DNA of 24,187 bases. Origin: Clostridiales bacterium. GTDB lineage: Bacteria; Bacillota; Clostridia; TANB77; CAG-508. Both the position numbers and the translations under genes were made by a program. Each line of letters begins with the position of its first letter. Position 1 is the first letter of the stretch. The notes under the pieces were generated by a model that was not told the origin of the DNA, did no database searches, and worked only from the letters and a program-made list of their open reading frames with translations. Positions 9,347 through 18,164 of this stretch are shown here, piece after piece. The stretch lies in contig DQFO01000007.1 in NCBI GenBank assembly GCA_003525075.1, forward strand, positions 5,227 to 29,413. The letters run 5' to 3'.

Positions 9347-10030
9347 TTATTTTACTAATTTACGTCTTTGCATTACAATTATTGTAAATGATATAAACAT
9401 TGCTGTAAATGATGTTAATCCAATTATTTCTTTCAATGATATTACTCCTCTTGGAAAATAACTATAAAAATTCATTATAGAAAGATTTTCAAAAAAACTA
9501 TTAAGATCTTGCATAAATAATGTCATTACTAAAAATGCAATTGTTATTATTCCAGCAATTATTTGATTTTCTGTAATACTTGATGCAAACATTCCTATTG
9601 ATATTGCTGCTGCACTTACTAATATAAATCCTAACATATGTACTAATACTGCTGAAAGATTAGGTTCCCCAAAAAATTTTACAATAAAGAAATACATAAA
9701 TGATACTAATAATGTTATGATTATTACACACATTGCTGCTATAAATTTTCCAAATACTACACCAACCATACTTACTGGTGATGTTAATATTAATTGCTCT
9801 GTTCCAGACTTTCTTTCTTCTGCAAACATTCTCATTGTTAATATCGGTGCAATAATTATTAATCCATATAATGCTGTATAATAATATAATGCTCCTAAAT
9901 CAACTGTTGGACTGCTTATTACTGTTAAATAGAAAAATACGCTAAATACAAATAAGAATATTCCTATTACAACATATCCTATAGGAGATAAGAAATAACT
10001 TTTAAATTCTTTTTTTAATATTGCAAACAT
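9347..10030 (-). CDS. ABC-2 type transporter permease (GldF-like)
   Basis: 227 aa with about 6 TM segments. The ATG overlaps the stop of the upstream ATPase by 1 nt (TAATG), which implies translational coupling. Confidence 0.7.
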   Translation of the reverse strand: MFAILKKEFKSYFLSPIGYVVIGIFLFVFSVFFYLTVISSPTVDLGALYYYTALYGLIIIAPILTMRMFAEERKSGTEQLILTSPVSMVGVVFGKFIAAMCVIIITLLVSFMYFFIVKFFGEPNLSAVLVHMLGFILVSAAAISIGMFASSITENQIIAGIITIAFLVMTLFMQDLNSFFENLSIMNFYSYFPRGVISLKEIIGLTSFTAMFISFTIIVMQRRKLVK

Positions 10031-11067
10031 TATTTGTCCTCCTTTTTATTTTCTTTTTCACTAATTTCTTTTTCGTCTTTATCATCGTTTTGATTCTCTT
10101 GATCATTTTCTTCTGTTGTATTGTTTGAATTTGTAGAATCATTTATTAATTTCATAAATGCGTCTTCTAATGTTGCATCAGCTTTTTTCATTTCAAATAT
10201 TGTTATTCCTTCTTTTGATAATGTCTCAAATATTTCTTTTCTTAAGTCTATATCTCTCTCACCTTTAATTATATATTTTTTTGTTTTATCTTCATTTTCT
10301 ACAACAAATTGTATATCTTTTATATTATTTAATTTTTCTTTTATGCTATCTATTTTGTTTTCCGGATCTTCAACTGTAACATATACTACATTATTTTGAG
10401 CAACTTTATTTTCAAGATTTTCAGGAGTATCTATTGCAACTATTTTACCTTTGTTTATAATTATTACTCTATTACAAATTTGACTTACCTCTGATAAAAT
10501 ATGTGAGCTTAATATAACTGTATGTTTTTTTCCTAAATTTTTTATTAATGTTCTAATTTCCGTTACTTGTTTAGGGTCTAACCCAACTGTTGGTTCGTCT
10601 AATATTATTACTTTCGGATTTCCTACTAATGCACCTGCCATACTAACTCTTTGTTTATAACCTCTTGAAAGATTTTTTGTTAACTTATTTTGAACTTCTG
10701 TTAAGCCTGTTTCTTCTAATACTTTCTTGATTTCTTCTTTTTTTGTCTTTTTCTCACACCCTTTTAAGTCTGCCATGTATGCAACAAATTCTTTTACTGT
10801 CAAATCACTATATAATGGTACTCCTTCTGGCATATATCCAATTTGTCTTTTTGCTTTTTGGGGCTTTTTAGATATATCATATCCATCAACAATAATTCTT
10901 CCATCTGATGGTTCTATAAATCCTGTTATCATATTCATCGTTGTACTTTTTCCTGCTCCATTTGGACCTAAAAATCCAACAATTTCTCCTTCATCAATAT
11001 CAAAACTTATACCATCTACGGCCGTAAAGTTTCCGTACCTTTTAGTAATATTTTCTACTTGAATCAC
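10030..11067 (-). CDS. ABC transporter ATP-binding protein (GldA/ABC-2 subfamily) with acidic/Asn-rich C-terminal tail
   Basis: Walker A GPNGAGKSTT, Q-loop, signature LSRGYKQRV, Walker B VIILDEPTVGLD and H-loop SSHIL. GTG start at 11067 is preceded by GGAGG. The tail reads NDSTNSNNTTEENDQENQNDDKDEKEISEKENKKEDK. Confidence 0.9.
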   Translation of the reverse strand: MIQVENITKRYGNFTAVDGISFDIDEGEIVGFLGPNGAGKSTTMNMITGFIEPSDGRIIVDGYDISKKPQKAKRQIGYMPEGVPLYSDLTVKEFVAYMADLKGCEKKTKKEEIKKVLEETGLTEVQNKLTKNLSRGYKQRVSMAGALVGNPKVIILDEPTVGLDPKQVTEIRTLIKNLGKKHTVILSSHILSEVSQICNRVIIINKGKIVAIDTPENLENKVAQNNVVYVTVEDPENKIDSIKEKLNNIKDIQFVVENEDKTKKYIIKGERDIDLRKEIFETLSKEGITIFEMKKADATLEDAFMKLINDSTNSNNTTEENDQENQNDDKDEKEISEKENKKEDK

Positions 11068-11116
11068 AAATTTTTCCTCCTATTTTTTATTATTTTGTCT
11101 TAATTTAGCTGTTCCC

Positions 11117-11158
11117 TAAGACAAAAATAATATAAGTTCTTTTTCGAACTTATATTAT
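11117..11158 (-). terminator. Rho-independent terminator after the FGE-domain gene
   Basis: 13-bp stem ATAATATAAGTTC (11127-11139) / GAACTTATATTAT (11146-11158) with loop TTTTTC. On the - strand it is followed by TTTTGTCTT (complement of 11126-11118). Confidence 0.55.
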
Positions 11159-11207
11159 CATTTGCATTTTATTTTGTAAATATATTTCACTAAATTTTCA
11201 CATTTCA

Positions 11208-12935
11208 TTAGTTATCAATATACATTATTACTCTAAAGGATATTGAATTACTTTTGCTTACTGTATCTGATACATATCTTGAAAAAGCTGTTCCTTGTTG
11301 TTGGCCTATCCCTCCACCTATATATGTACATTTTCCTGTTGAATTTGTTGCTGTTTCTGTCGTCCATTCACTTATATTTCCTGACATATCATATATATTG
11401 CAAGCTTTATCTCCTGATTGCCCTGTTTTTAATATTGATGTCACTGTATTTTTCTTGTTAATATAATCACTACTTCCCATTTTGTTAATATATTCTAATG
11501 CAGTAGACCATGCATAACTATTTATTAAATCTGTTCTTACACCATTATTAGTAGTGTACATCGACCTACTTTTACTAGATGCTTCAAGTTGTGTTATTCC
11601 AGTCCAAGCATTTTGATTTGCTTTTGATTTTGCTTTTCCATCAGACCCTTTACTTGCTTCATATCTTGCATAGTAAAATCCTTTATTTTTCTCTACACTA
11701 CTTATAAATCCATTTAAATCAAATGCTGTAGCATTATTTCCACTATTTCCGCTACCTGATGTTCCTTGACTAGAAGTTGAAATTTCTCTATATTTTATAT
11801 TATCTATTGTCAACTCAGATTCCTTTGAATAATCACTTGCAAGTTGTTCTGGTGAAAAAGAACCATTTGACAATTTATTGTATCTTCCCAGAAAAATAAG
11901 GAATTTACTGCCATCATAATTTAATACATTTTTTTCATTAGATACATCACTAGAAGAAATGTTACTTACTGGTATCCATACAAATTGATTTCCTTCTTCA
12001 TCTTCTATAACAATACCATTTTTTATATTGTCTCCTTCTACATATCTAAATCCTTTTGGAACAACAATACAATTTCCATATCTATCAACTGCTTCAACTT
12101 TCTCAGATTGAAATGCAGTTAAAGTTGTTACTAACTTCTTCTTTACTGTTACTTTGCATTCTTTAATTATTGTTAAACTTTTATTAGAAACTCTTATTAA
12201 TGCTGTTCCTTGATCATTTGCAGTCAATTCTGCCATATTATTACTTCCAGTAACACCTTTAACATCTACAACTTCAGTGTTTGATGAGCTCCATGTTAAC
12301 TCTTCATTTGCATTTTCTGGTTTTATATCTGCTATAATTGTTCTTTTATCTTTATATGTCATTTCTATATTACTTTCAATTGAAAAACTAGAAATTTTTA
12401 TATATTCTCCTATGCTACTTCCACCTCTTGTTACGTCTCTAATTTGATCTAACATATAATATTTTATATCTTCAAATTCATATCCTCCAATAAAAATAGC
12501 AACTTGACTTTTTATATCTATAAGATATTCATTTTCTATTCCATCTATTTGCAAATCTGTAAATTCATTTTCTCCAAAATATCTATACCTATTTATATCT
12601 GTTTTTACTGTAACTGTTTTTGAACTATTTTGATCACCAGAATTATTAACGATTTGCGCTACCTTTGTAATTAAACTATCAAATTCAGTCTTTCTATCTG
12701 CTGTAATTGGTGATCCAAGCATAATTTCATCAGTTGACTTTTCAACTGTTTGTTCATACCAAACATCTACATTTTTTTGTACAATTTCTAATTCATTTTT
12801 AAATCTCTCAAATCTAGTATTTTTTATAGAACTTATTCCCGTATGCGTAACCATACTAGATAATATGACTAAAACAATTATTGTTACAACTAATGATATC
12901 ATTGTTATTCCATTTTGTCTTTTTAAATAATTCAT
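11208..12935 (-). CDS. Surface protein: pilin-like N-terminal hydrophobic leader, Big_2 Ig-like domain, C-terminal FGE-sulfatase (SUMF1-like) domain
   Basis: The N-terminus KRQNGITMISLVVTIIVLVIL resembles the prepilin motif (G/FTLIE) but has Ser at +5 instead of Glu. Big_2-like block ADIKPENANEELTWSSSNTEVVDVKGVTGSNNMAELTANDQGTALIRV. FGE-type blocks NIYDMSGNISEWTTE and SISFRVIMY. AAGGAG RBS. Confidence 0.65.
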   Translation of the reverse strand: MNYLKRQNGITMISLVVTIIVLVILSSMVTHTGISSIKNTRFERFKNELEIVQKNVDVWYEQTVEKSTDEIMLGSPITADRKTEFDSLITKVAQIVNNSGDQNSSKTVTVKTDINRYRYFGENEFTDLQIDGIENEYLIDIKSQVAIFIGGYEFEDIKYYMLDQIRDVTRGGSSIGEYIKISSFSIESNIEMTYKDKRTIIADIKPENANEELTWSSSNTEVVDVKGVTGSNNMAELTANDQGTALIRVSNKSLTIIKECKVTVKKKLVTTLTAFQSEKVEAVDRYGNCIVVPKGFRYVEGDNIKNGIVIEDEEGNQFVWIPVSNISSSDVSNEKNVLNYDGSKFLIFLGRYNKLSNGSFSPEQLASDYSKESELTIDNIKYREISTSSQGTSGSGNSGNNATAFDLNGFISSVEKNKGFYYARYEASKGSDGKAKSKANQNAWTGITQLEASSKSRSMYTTNNGVRTDLINSYAWSTALEYINKMGSSDYINKKNTVTSILKTGQSGDKACNIYDMSGNISEWTTETATNSTGKCTYIGGGIGQQQGTAFSRYVSDTVSKSNSISFRVIMYIDN

Positions 12936-13035
12936 AAAAGTTTCTCCTTTGTATAAAACTATTAATATTAATATTAATATAACAATTTTCTTTTATAAAA
13001 TCAATATATTTTTCATTAAAATCCTTATTAATATT

Positions 13036-13083
13036 TAAGAAAAAAAGAATTTCAATATGAATTTTATCATAAGAAATTCTTTT
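13036..13083 (-). terminator. Rho-independent terminator after the ABC-F gene
   Basis: Stem AAGAATTTC (13045-13053) / GAAATTCTT (13073-13081), with an inner TATGA/TCATA extension. On the - strand it is followed by TTTTTTCTT. Confidence 0.5.
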
Positions 13084-13088
13084 AAAAC

Positions 13089-14669
13089 CTATTCAATTCC
13101 TAAATATTCATTATATGTAACTTCTCTATCAATGACCTTATCAGCTTTTATATCAATAATTCTATTTGCAACTGTTTGTGTTAATTGATGGTCATGTGAT
13201 GTAAATAAGATATTTCCTTTAAATTTGCTCATTCCATCATTTACAGATGTAATACTTTCCATATCCAAATGGTTTGTTGGTTCGTCAAATATTAAGAAAT
13301 TTGCACCTGATAACATCATTTTCGCAAGTACACATCTTACTTTTTCTCCACCAGATATAACTCTTGCTTGTTTTAATGATTCATCACCTGAAAATAACAT
13401 TCTTCCTAAAAATCCTCTAACATATGTTTCATCTGGATCTTTTGAGTATTTTCTTAACCATTCTGTTAAATTTTCATCAACATCAAACAAATAATTATTA
13501 TCTTTTGGAAAATAAGACTTAGTAATTGTTGTTCCCCAAATAAGTTCTCCTTCATCTGGTTCCATTTCACCTGCAATTATTTGAAATAATACTGTTTTGG
13601 CATTTTCATTATCTGCTAAAAAGGCTATTTTATCACCTGTTTTTACTGTAAACGATATATTATCCAATATTTTTTCTCCATTTATTGTTTTAGATATATT
13701 TTTTACTTGTAATATTTCTTTTCCTGGTTCTCTATCTGGTTTAAAATCAACATATGGATACTTTCTATTTGATGGTTTTATTTCATCTAACTCTATTTTT
13801 TCTAGAGTTTTCTTTCTTGATGTAGCTTGTTTTGATTTTGAAGCATTAGCACTAAATCTTGCAATAAAGTCTTGTAATTCTTTAATTTTTTCTTCTTTCT
13901 TCTTATTTTGTTCTTTCATTTGTTTTAATGCTAATTGACTTGATTCATACCAGAAATCATAGTTGCCTGGATATACTTTTATTTTTCCAAAGTCAACATC
14001 TGCAATATGTGTACAAACTTTGTTTAAGAAATATCTATCATGTGATACTACAATTACAGTGTTTTCAAAGTTAATTAAAAATTCTTGTAACCAATTAATA
14101 CTTTTTAAATCTAAGTCATTTGTTGGTTCATCTAGTAATAATACATCTGGATTTCCAAATAGAGCCTGTGCAAGCAATACTTTTACCTTATCTCTTGCTT
14201 CTATTTCACTCATTAATTTATAATGATTTTCAGGTATTATTCCTAAATCATTTAAAAGCATTGCTGCATCTGATTCAGCATTCCAACCATCTAATTCTGC
14301 AAATCTTTCTTCTAATTTTGCAGCTTTCATTCCATCTTCTTCTGAAAAATCTGGTTTCATATATATTGCATCTTTTTCTTTCATTATGTCATATAACTCT
14401 TTGTTCCCCATTATTACAGTATCCATTACTGTATATTCTTCAAAAGCAAAGTGATCCTGTTTTAGTATAGAAAGTCTTTCTCCTTTTTCAAGTGATACTT
14501 CTCCTTTACTTGGTTCTAATTCTCCTGATAAAACTTTTAAAAATGTTGATTTTCCAGCACCATTTGCTCCTATTATTCCATAACAATTTCCTTTACCAAA
14601 TTTTATATTTACATCTTCAAATAATACTCTTTTTCCAAATCTAACTGTTACTCCTGTTGCAGTTAACAT
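13089..14669 (-). CDS. ybiT: ABC-F family ATPase, YbiT-like (two ABC domains, no TM domain)
   Basis: Collinear with my recollection of E. coli YbiT from the N-terminus (MLTATGVTVRFGKRVLFEDVNIKFGKGNCYGIIGANGAGKSTFLKVLSGELEP) through FIARFSANASKSKQATSRKK to the C-terminus YNEYLGIE. Two Walker A/B sets and LSGGEK. GGAGGAG RBS. Confidence 0.85.
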   Translation of the reverse strand: MLTATGVTVRFGKRVLFEDVNIKFGKGNCYGIIGANGAGKSTFLKVLSGELEPSKGEVSLEKGERLSILKQDHFAFEEYTVMDTVIMGNKELYDIMKEKDAIYMKPDFSEEDGMKAAKLEERFAELDGWNAESDAAMLLNDLGIIPENHYKLMSEIEARDKVKVLLAQALFGNPDVLLLDEPTNDLDLKSINWLQEFLINFENTVIVVSHDRYFLNKVCTHIADVDFGKIKVYPGNYDFWYESSQLALKQMKEQNKKKEEKIKELQDFIARFSANASKSKQATSRKKTLEKIELDEIKPSNRKYPYVDFKPDREPGKEILQVKNISKTINGEKILDNISFTVKTGDKIAFLADNENAKTVLFQIIAGEMEPDEGELIWGTTITKSYFPKDNNYLFDVDENLTEWLRKYSKDPDETYVRGFLGRMLFSGDESLKQARVISGGEKVRCVLAKMMLSGANFLIFDEPTNHLDMESITSVNDGMSKFKGNILFTSHDHQLTQTVANRIIDIKADKVIDREVTYNEYLGIE

Positions 14670-14715
14670 GTTATCTCCTCCTTAATTTTACTTTTCCGCT
14701 TCTTATCGCTTATCT

Positions 14716-14744
14716 ACTATACCACAATTTTACAATTTTAACAA
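14716..14744 (-). promoter_or_regulatory. Sigma-70-type promoter candidate (extended -10) for the ABC-F gene
   Basis: On the - strand: TTGTTA (14744-14739), 17-nt spacer ending in TGG, then TATAGT (14721-14716). Confidence 0.5.
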
Positions 14745-14767
14745 GACATTTCATACATTTTTCACTA

Positions 14768-14796
14768 TTGCTTTTTTTGTCGTAATATGATAAATT
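14768..14796 (+). promoter_or_regulatory. Weak sigma-70-type promoter candidate for capA-DUF2207
   Basis: TTGCTT (14768-14773), 17-nt spacer with TG at 14788-14789, then TAAATT (14791-14796). AAAGGAG RBS and the ATG at 14827 lie downstream. Confidence 0.35.
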
Positions 14797-14826
14797 TTGT
14801 TTATAAAATGAAAGGAGATTTTAACT

Positions 14827-16041
14827 ATGCGTAAGAAAATTTTATTATTTATTTCAATTGCCATTTTTACAATGTTAATCTTATTTGGAATTGAACATTT
14901 TTCATCATTAAATAAAAAAACACAGGAAATTTCATCTTCAGAAACTCAACCAACAGAAAACACAAAAGATACAGAATTAGTTATTGATATTCCAAAAAAA
15001 GAAGATATAACTATAAATATGAGTGTTATTGGTGATATAATGTGCCATAATTCTCAATATCAAGATGCATTTAATGGATCTACATATGACTTTTCTTATG
15101 TTTTTTCAGATATAAAAGATTATATTTCTAATGCTGATATTGCAATTGGAAACCTTGAAACAACTTTTGCAGGTGCTGAAAGAGGTTATAGCAATTATCC
15201 AACATTCAATACTCCTGAACAATTAGCATATAATTTAAAAGATTTTGGTATTGATGTTGTTTCAACTGCAAATAATCATTGTATGGATACTGGATATAAA
15301 GGATTAGTTAGTACTTTAAATTATTTAGATGATGCTGGAATTTCACATACTGGAACATCTAGAAGTAGTGAAGAACAAAATACAGTTTTAATAAAAGATG
15401 TAAATGGTATAAAAATTGCATTTTTGTCTTTTACTTACGGCACTAATGGTATTCCTGTTTCTTCACAAAGAGACTATTCCGTAAATTTAATTAGTGATGA
15501 CTTAATCTTAAATCAATTAGCATTAGCAAAAGAACAAAATCCTGATTTAATTTGTGTTAGTATGCATTGGGGAATTGAATACCAAAACACTCAAAATAAG
15601 GAGCAAGAAAGACTTGCTAACCTATTATTTCAAAATGGTACAGATATAATATTAGGTAGTCATCCACATGTTTTACAACCAATGGAAAAAAGGACAATTA
15701 CTCTTGATGATGGCTCTACAAAAGACGGATTTGTTATATATTCACTAGGAAATTTTATGTCTGGTCAAACTAAGGAAAGAACTCGTAATTCTATTATATT
15801 AAATATTGAATTAACTAAAAATGGTGAAACAGATAAAACATCTATTGAAAAAGTTACATATACACCAATATATATGTATAAAAACACATCAAAAAATAAA
15901 CAAAAATACCTTGTTATGGATATTGAAAAGGCTCTTAATAACTATAATTCTGGAAATCATATTATTAGTTCAAATACTTATTCTACTTTACAAACAGAAC
16001 TTACTAGAATAAAAAATACAATAGGAGAAAATTTAGACTAA
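14827..16041 (+). CDS. CapA-family (PGA_cap) metallophosphatase-fold protein, membrane anchored
   Basis: N-terminal TM. Motifs SVIGDIMCH, NLETTF, STANNHCMDTG, HWGIEYQ and GSHPHVLQP are typical of CapA/poly-gamma-glutamate capsule-type proteins. Confidence 0.85.
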   Translation: MRKKILLFISIAIFTMLILFGIEHFSSLNKKTQEISSSETQPTENTKDTELVIDIPKKEDITINMSVIGDIMCHNSQYQDAFNGSTYDFSYVFSDIKDYISNADIAIGNLETTFAGAERGYSNYPTFNTPEQLAYNLKDFGIDVVSTANNHCMDTGYKGLVSTLNYLDDAGISHTGTSRSSEEQNTVLIKDVNGIKIAFLSFTYGTNGIPVSSQRDYSVNLISDDLILNQLALAKEQNPDLICVSMHWGIEYQNTQNKEQERLANLLFQNGTDIILGSHPHVLQPMEKRTITLDDGSTKDGFVIYSLGNFMSGQTKERTRNSIILNIELTKNGETDKTSIEKVTYTPIYMYKNTSKNKQKYLVMDIEKALNNYNSGNHIISSNTYSTLQTELTRIKNTIGENLD

Positions 16042-16085
16042 TTTATATTTTACAAAAATAAATTTTATAAAAAAGGGGATTTTTA

Positions 16086-17819
16086 ATGAAAAAAACAATT
16101 AAGATTTTTTTGCTTACTATTTTTTCACTGATTTTGCTTAGTCTATTTCCAAAAGTAGAAGCAAATTCTATAAATAGTATATCTATGGATATTGCCATTG
16201 ATGATAATGGTAATGCATCTGTAACAGAAATATGGAAATGTAAAACATCTCAAGGAACTGAAGTATATCACCCATATTATAATTTGGGAAATTCAGAAAT
16301 ATCTAATTTAACAGTTTCAGAAAATGGAACAAAATATACTACACTATCAACTTGGAATACATCAGGTACTTTATCTGACAAAGCTTACAAATGTGGTATA
16401 AATAGATTATCAAATGGTGTTGAACTTTGTTGGGGAATAAGCAATTATAGTTCACATACTTATACTATAAAATACAATATTTCAAATTTCGTTTCTGAAC
16501 TTTCAGATTCACAAATGATATATTGGACATTAATTCCATATAATTTTTCAAATTCAATTGGAAATGTATATATCAAGATTCATTCTAATTTTAATATTCC
16601 AGATTCTGTTGGAGTTTGGGGCTATGGCAATTATGGTGGAACAGCATATGTTTATGATGGTTATATTGAAATGCAATCAGATGGAAATTTAGCGACAGAT
16701 GAATATATGACAATATTAGTCCAATTTCCTTTGGAAAGTTTTAATTGTAGTAATAGATTAGATTATAATTTTAATCATTATTTAAATATGGCAGAAGATG
16801 GAGCTGAACATTATGTAGATAATTCTTCATATAGTTCATCAAATGACTCATCATTTTTCGATATTGTTTTGGGACTATTTTCTTTTATAATATCATTTTT
16901 ACCATTTGCAATAATTATAATTTTAATTGCTGTAAAATCAAATACTGAATCACTTGATTTTGGAGAATACGGTAAAAAAATACCAACAGATTTAGATTAT
17001 TATAGAGATATTCCTTGTAACGGGAATTTACTTAGAGCTTACTATATTGCATATAATTATGGGTTAATAAAAAATAAAACAGATATACTTGGTGCAATTA
17101 TTTTAAAATGGTTAAAAGATTCCTTAATCAAACTAGAGCAAAAAGAACAAGGTGTAATTTTCAAAAAAGAAAATACTGTTATTATCTTAAATGGTGCAAA
17201 AACTGAACTAATTACAAATACTAAAGAAAAAGAACTATTTGATATGCTTTATCGTGCAAGTGTTGATGGAATCTTAGAAAATAAAGAATTTGAAAGATGG
17301 TGCAGAATTAATTATTCAAAAATACTCAATTGGTTTGAAAATATTTTAAAAGAAGAAAAACAAGATTTAGTTATTAATGGATTTTTAATACCACATGAAA
17401 AAACAACTTTAAAAATATTTAAATCAACTGTATTTACAGTTACTCCTGAGATAAGAAATGAAGCCATACAAATTGCCGGTTTAAAGAAATATTTAATTGA
17501 TTATACTTTAATACATGAAAGAGAAGCAATAGAAGTTTCTTTATTTGAAGATTATCTAATATTTGCACAAATGCTTGGAATTGCAAAAACTGTTGCAAAA
17601 CAATTTAAAGAACTTTATCCAGACTTAATTGAACAATCACATTTTACATCATATGATAATTTTTATTATATTGCATTATGTTCAAATAATGGTATTTCTG
17701 CTGCTAATATAGCAAAAAGTAGAGCTGAAAGCTATTCTTCTGGTGGAGGTGGATTCTCTTCTGGAGGCGGAGGAGGTGGTTCCTTCGGTGGTGGTGGCGG
17801 AGGCGGTGGTTTCCGTTAG
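16086..17819 (+). CDS. DUF2207 domain-containing membrane protein with Gly-rich C-terminal tail
   Basis: Signal peptide, N-terminal beta-rich domain, central TM helices, and the tail SSGGGGFSSGGGGGGSFGGGGGGGGFR characteristic of DUF2207 proteins. AAGGGGA RBS. Probably co-transcribed with capA (44-nt gap). Confidence 0.8.
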   Translation: MKKTIKIFLLTIFSLILLSLFPKVEANSINSISMDIAIDDNGNASVTEIWKCKTSQGTEVYHPYYNLGNSEISNLTVSENGTKYTTLSTWNTSGTLSDKAYKCGINRLSNGVELCWGISNYSSHTYTIKYNISNFVSELSDSQMIYWTLIPYNFSNSIGNVYIKIHSNFNIPDSVGVWGYGNYGGTAYVYDGYIEMQSDGNLATDEYMTILVQFPLESFNCSNRLDYNFNHYLNMAEDGAEHYVDNSSYSSSNDSSFFDIVLGLFSFIISFLPFAIIIILIAVKSNTESLDFGEYGKKIPTDLDYYRDIPCNGNLLRAYYIAYNYGLIKNKTDILGAIILKWLKDSLIKLEQKEQGVIFKKENTVIILNGAKTELITNTKEKELFDMLYRASVDGILENKEFERWCRINYSKILNWFENILKEEKQDLVINGFLIPHEKTTLKIFKSTVFTVTPEIRNEAIQIAGLKKYLIDYTLIHEREAIEVSLFEDYLIFAQMLGIAKTVAKQFKELYPDLIEQSHFTSYDNFYYIALCSNNGISAANIAKSRAESYSSGGGGFSSGGGGGGSFGGGGGGGGFR

Positions 17820-17825
17820 AATTCA

Positions 17826-17863
17826 AAAAAATAGTAGATTTTTAAATCTACTATTTTTTATTT
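17826..17863 (+). terminator. Rho-independent terminator after the DUF2207 gene
   Basis: Stem ATAGTAGATTT (17831-17841) / AAATCTACTAT (17844-17854), with an A-tract upstream and TTTTTATTT downstream. Confidence 0.65.
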
Positions 17864-17908
17864 TGGTGCACCATCGCGGGATCGAACCGCGGACCTTCTG
17901 ATTAAGAG
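17864..17908 (-). tRNA. Truncated tRNA-Lys(CUU): only the 3' ~45 nt (anticodon loop to CCA); probable att repeat of the adjacent integrated element
   Basis: The reverse complement reads CTCTTAA / TCAGA / AGGTC / CGCGG-TTCGATC-CCGCG / ATGGTGC / A / CCA. These are the anticodon loop (U33, anticodon CTT, A37), 3' anticodon stem, variable loop, T-arm, 3' acceptor strand, discriminator and CCA. No 5' acceptor strand (GCACCAT), D-arm or matching 5' anticodon-stem strand (TCTGA) is present at 17909-17960. Confidence 0.8.
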
Positions 17909-18070
17909 AAAGACGCACCTCGTAACTCCCCATAAATATTTAATAGCTAAATTTTCCTTATTATACCGTACATTCAAGGAAAAATCAATGTTTTTTTAGA
18001 AAAAAAATACAATTTAAAATAGTTTAAAGAGGTTTGAAAAATATTAAATAAATTTGATAAAGTTTAAAAA

Positions 18071-18121
18071 GTTGGTGCATTTTTATTTGAAATTGGTGCA
18101 TAAAAAATCATTTGCGCCAAC
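18071..18121. repeat. Short repeats near the element end: TTGGTGCAT x2 direct plus one inverted near-copy
   Basis: TTGGTGCAT occurs at 18072-18080 and 18093-18101. TGCGCCAAC at 18113-18121 is the reverse complement of GTTGGCGCA, which differs by 1 mismatch from GTTGGTGCA at 18071-18079. TTGGTGCA also occurs at 17863-17870, overlapping the tRNA CCA end. Confidence 0.5.
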
Positions 18122-18164
18122 TAAAATATAAATTCAAAATATCGGTTTTACGGAGGTGTTGTAT

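Noticed and set aside
17752-17816. GGT/GGC/GGA-rich tract as a DNA repeat or GC island
   Set aside because: It is the in-frame poly-Gly tail typical of DUF2207 proteins, so it is low-complexity coding sequence. Its CGG trinucleotides all straddle codons (ggC GGa, ttC GGt).
17864-17960. A complete tRNA-Lys gene on the minus strand
   Set aside because: The T-arm, 3' acceptor strand, CCA and anticodon loop are perfect. The sequence where the 5' half should be (17909-17960) has no GCACCAT acceptor strand, no D-arm, and only 3 of 5 anticodon-stem pairs. It is therefore a 3' fragment.
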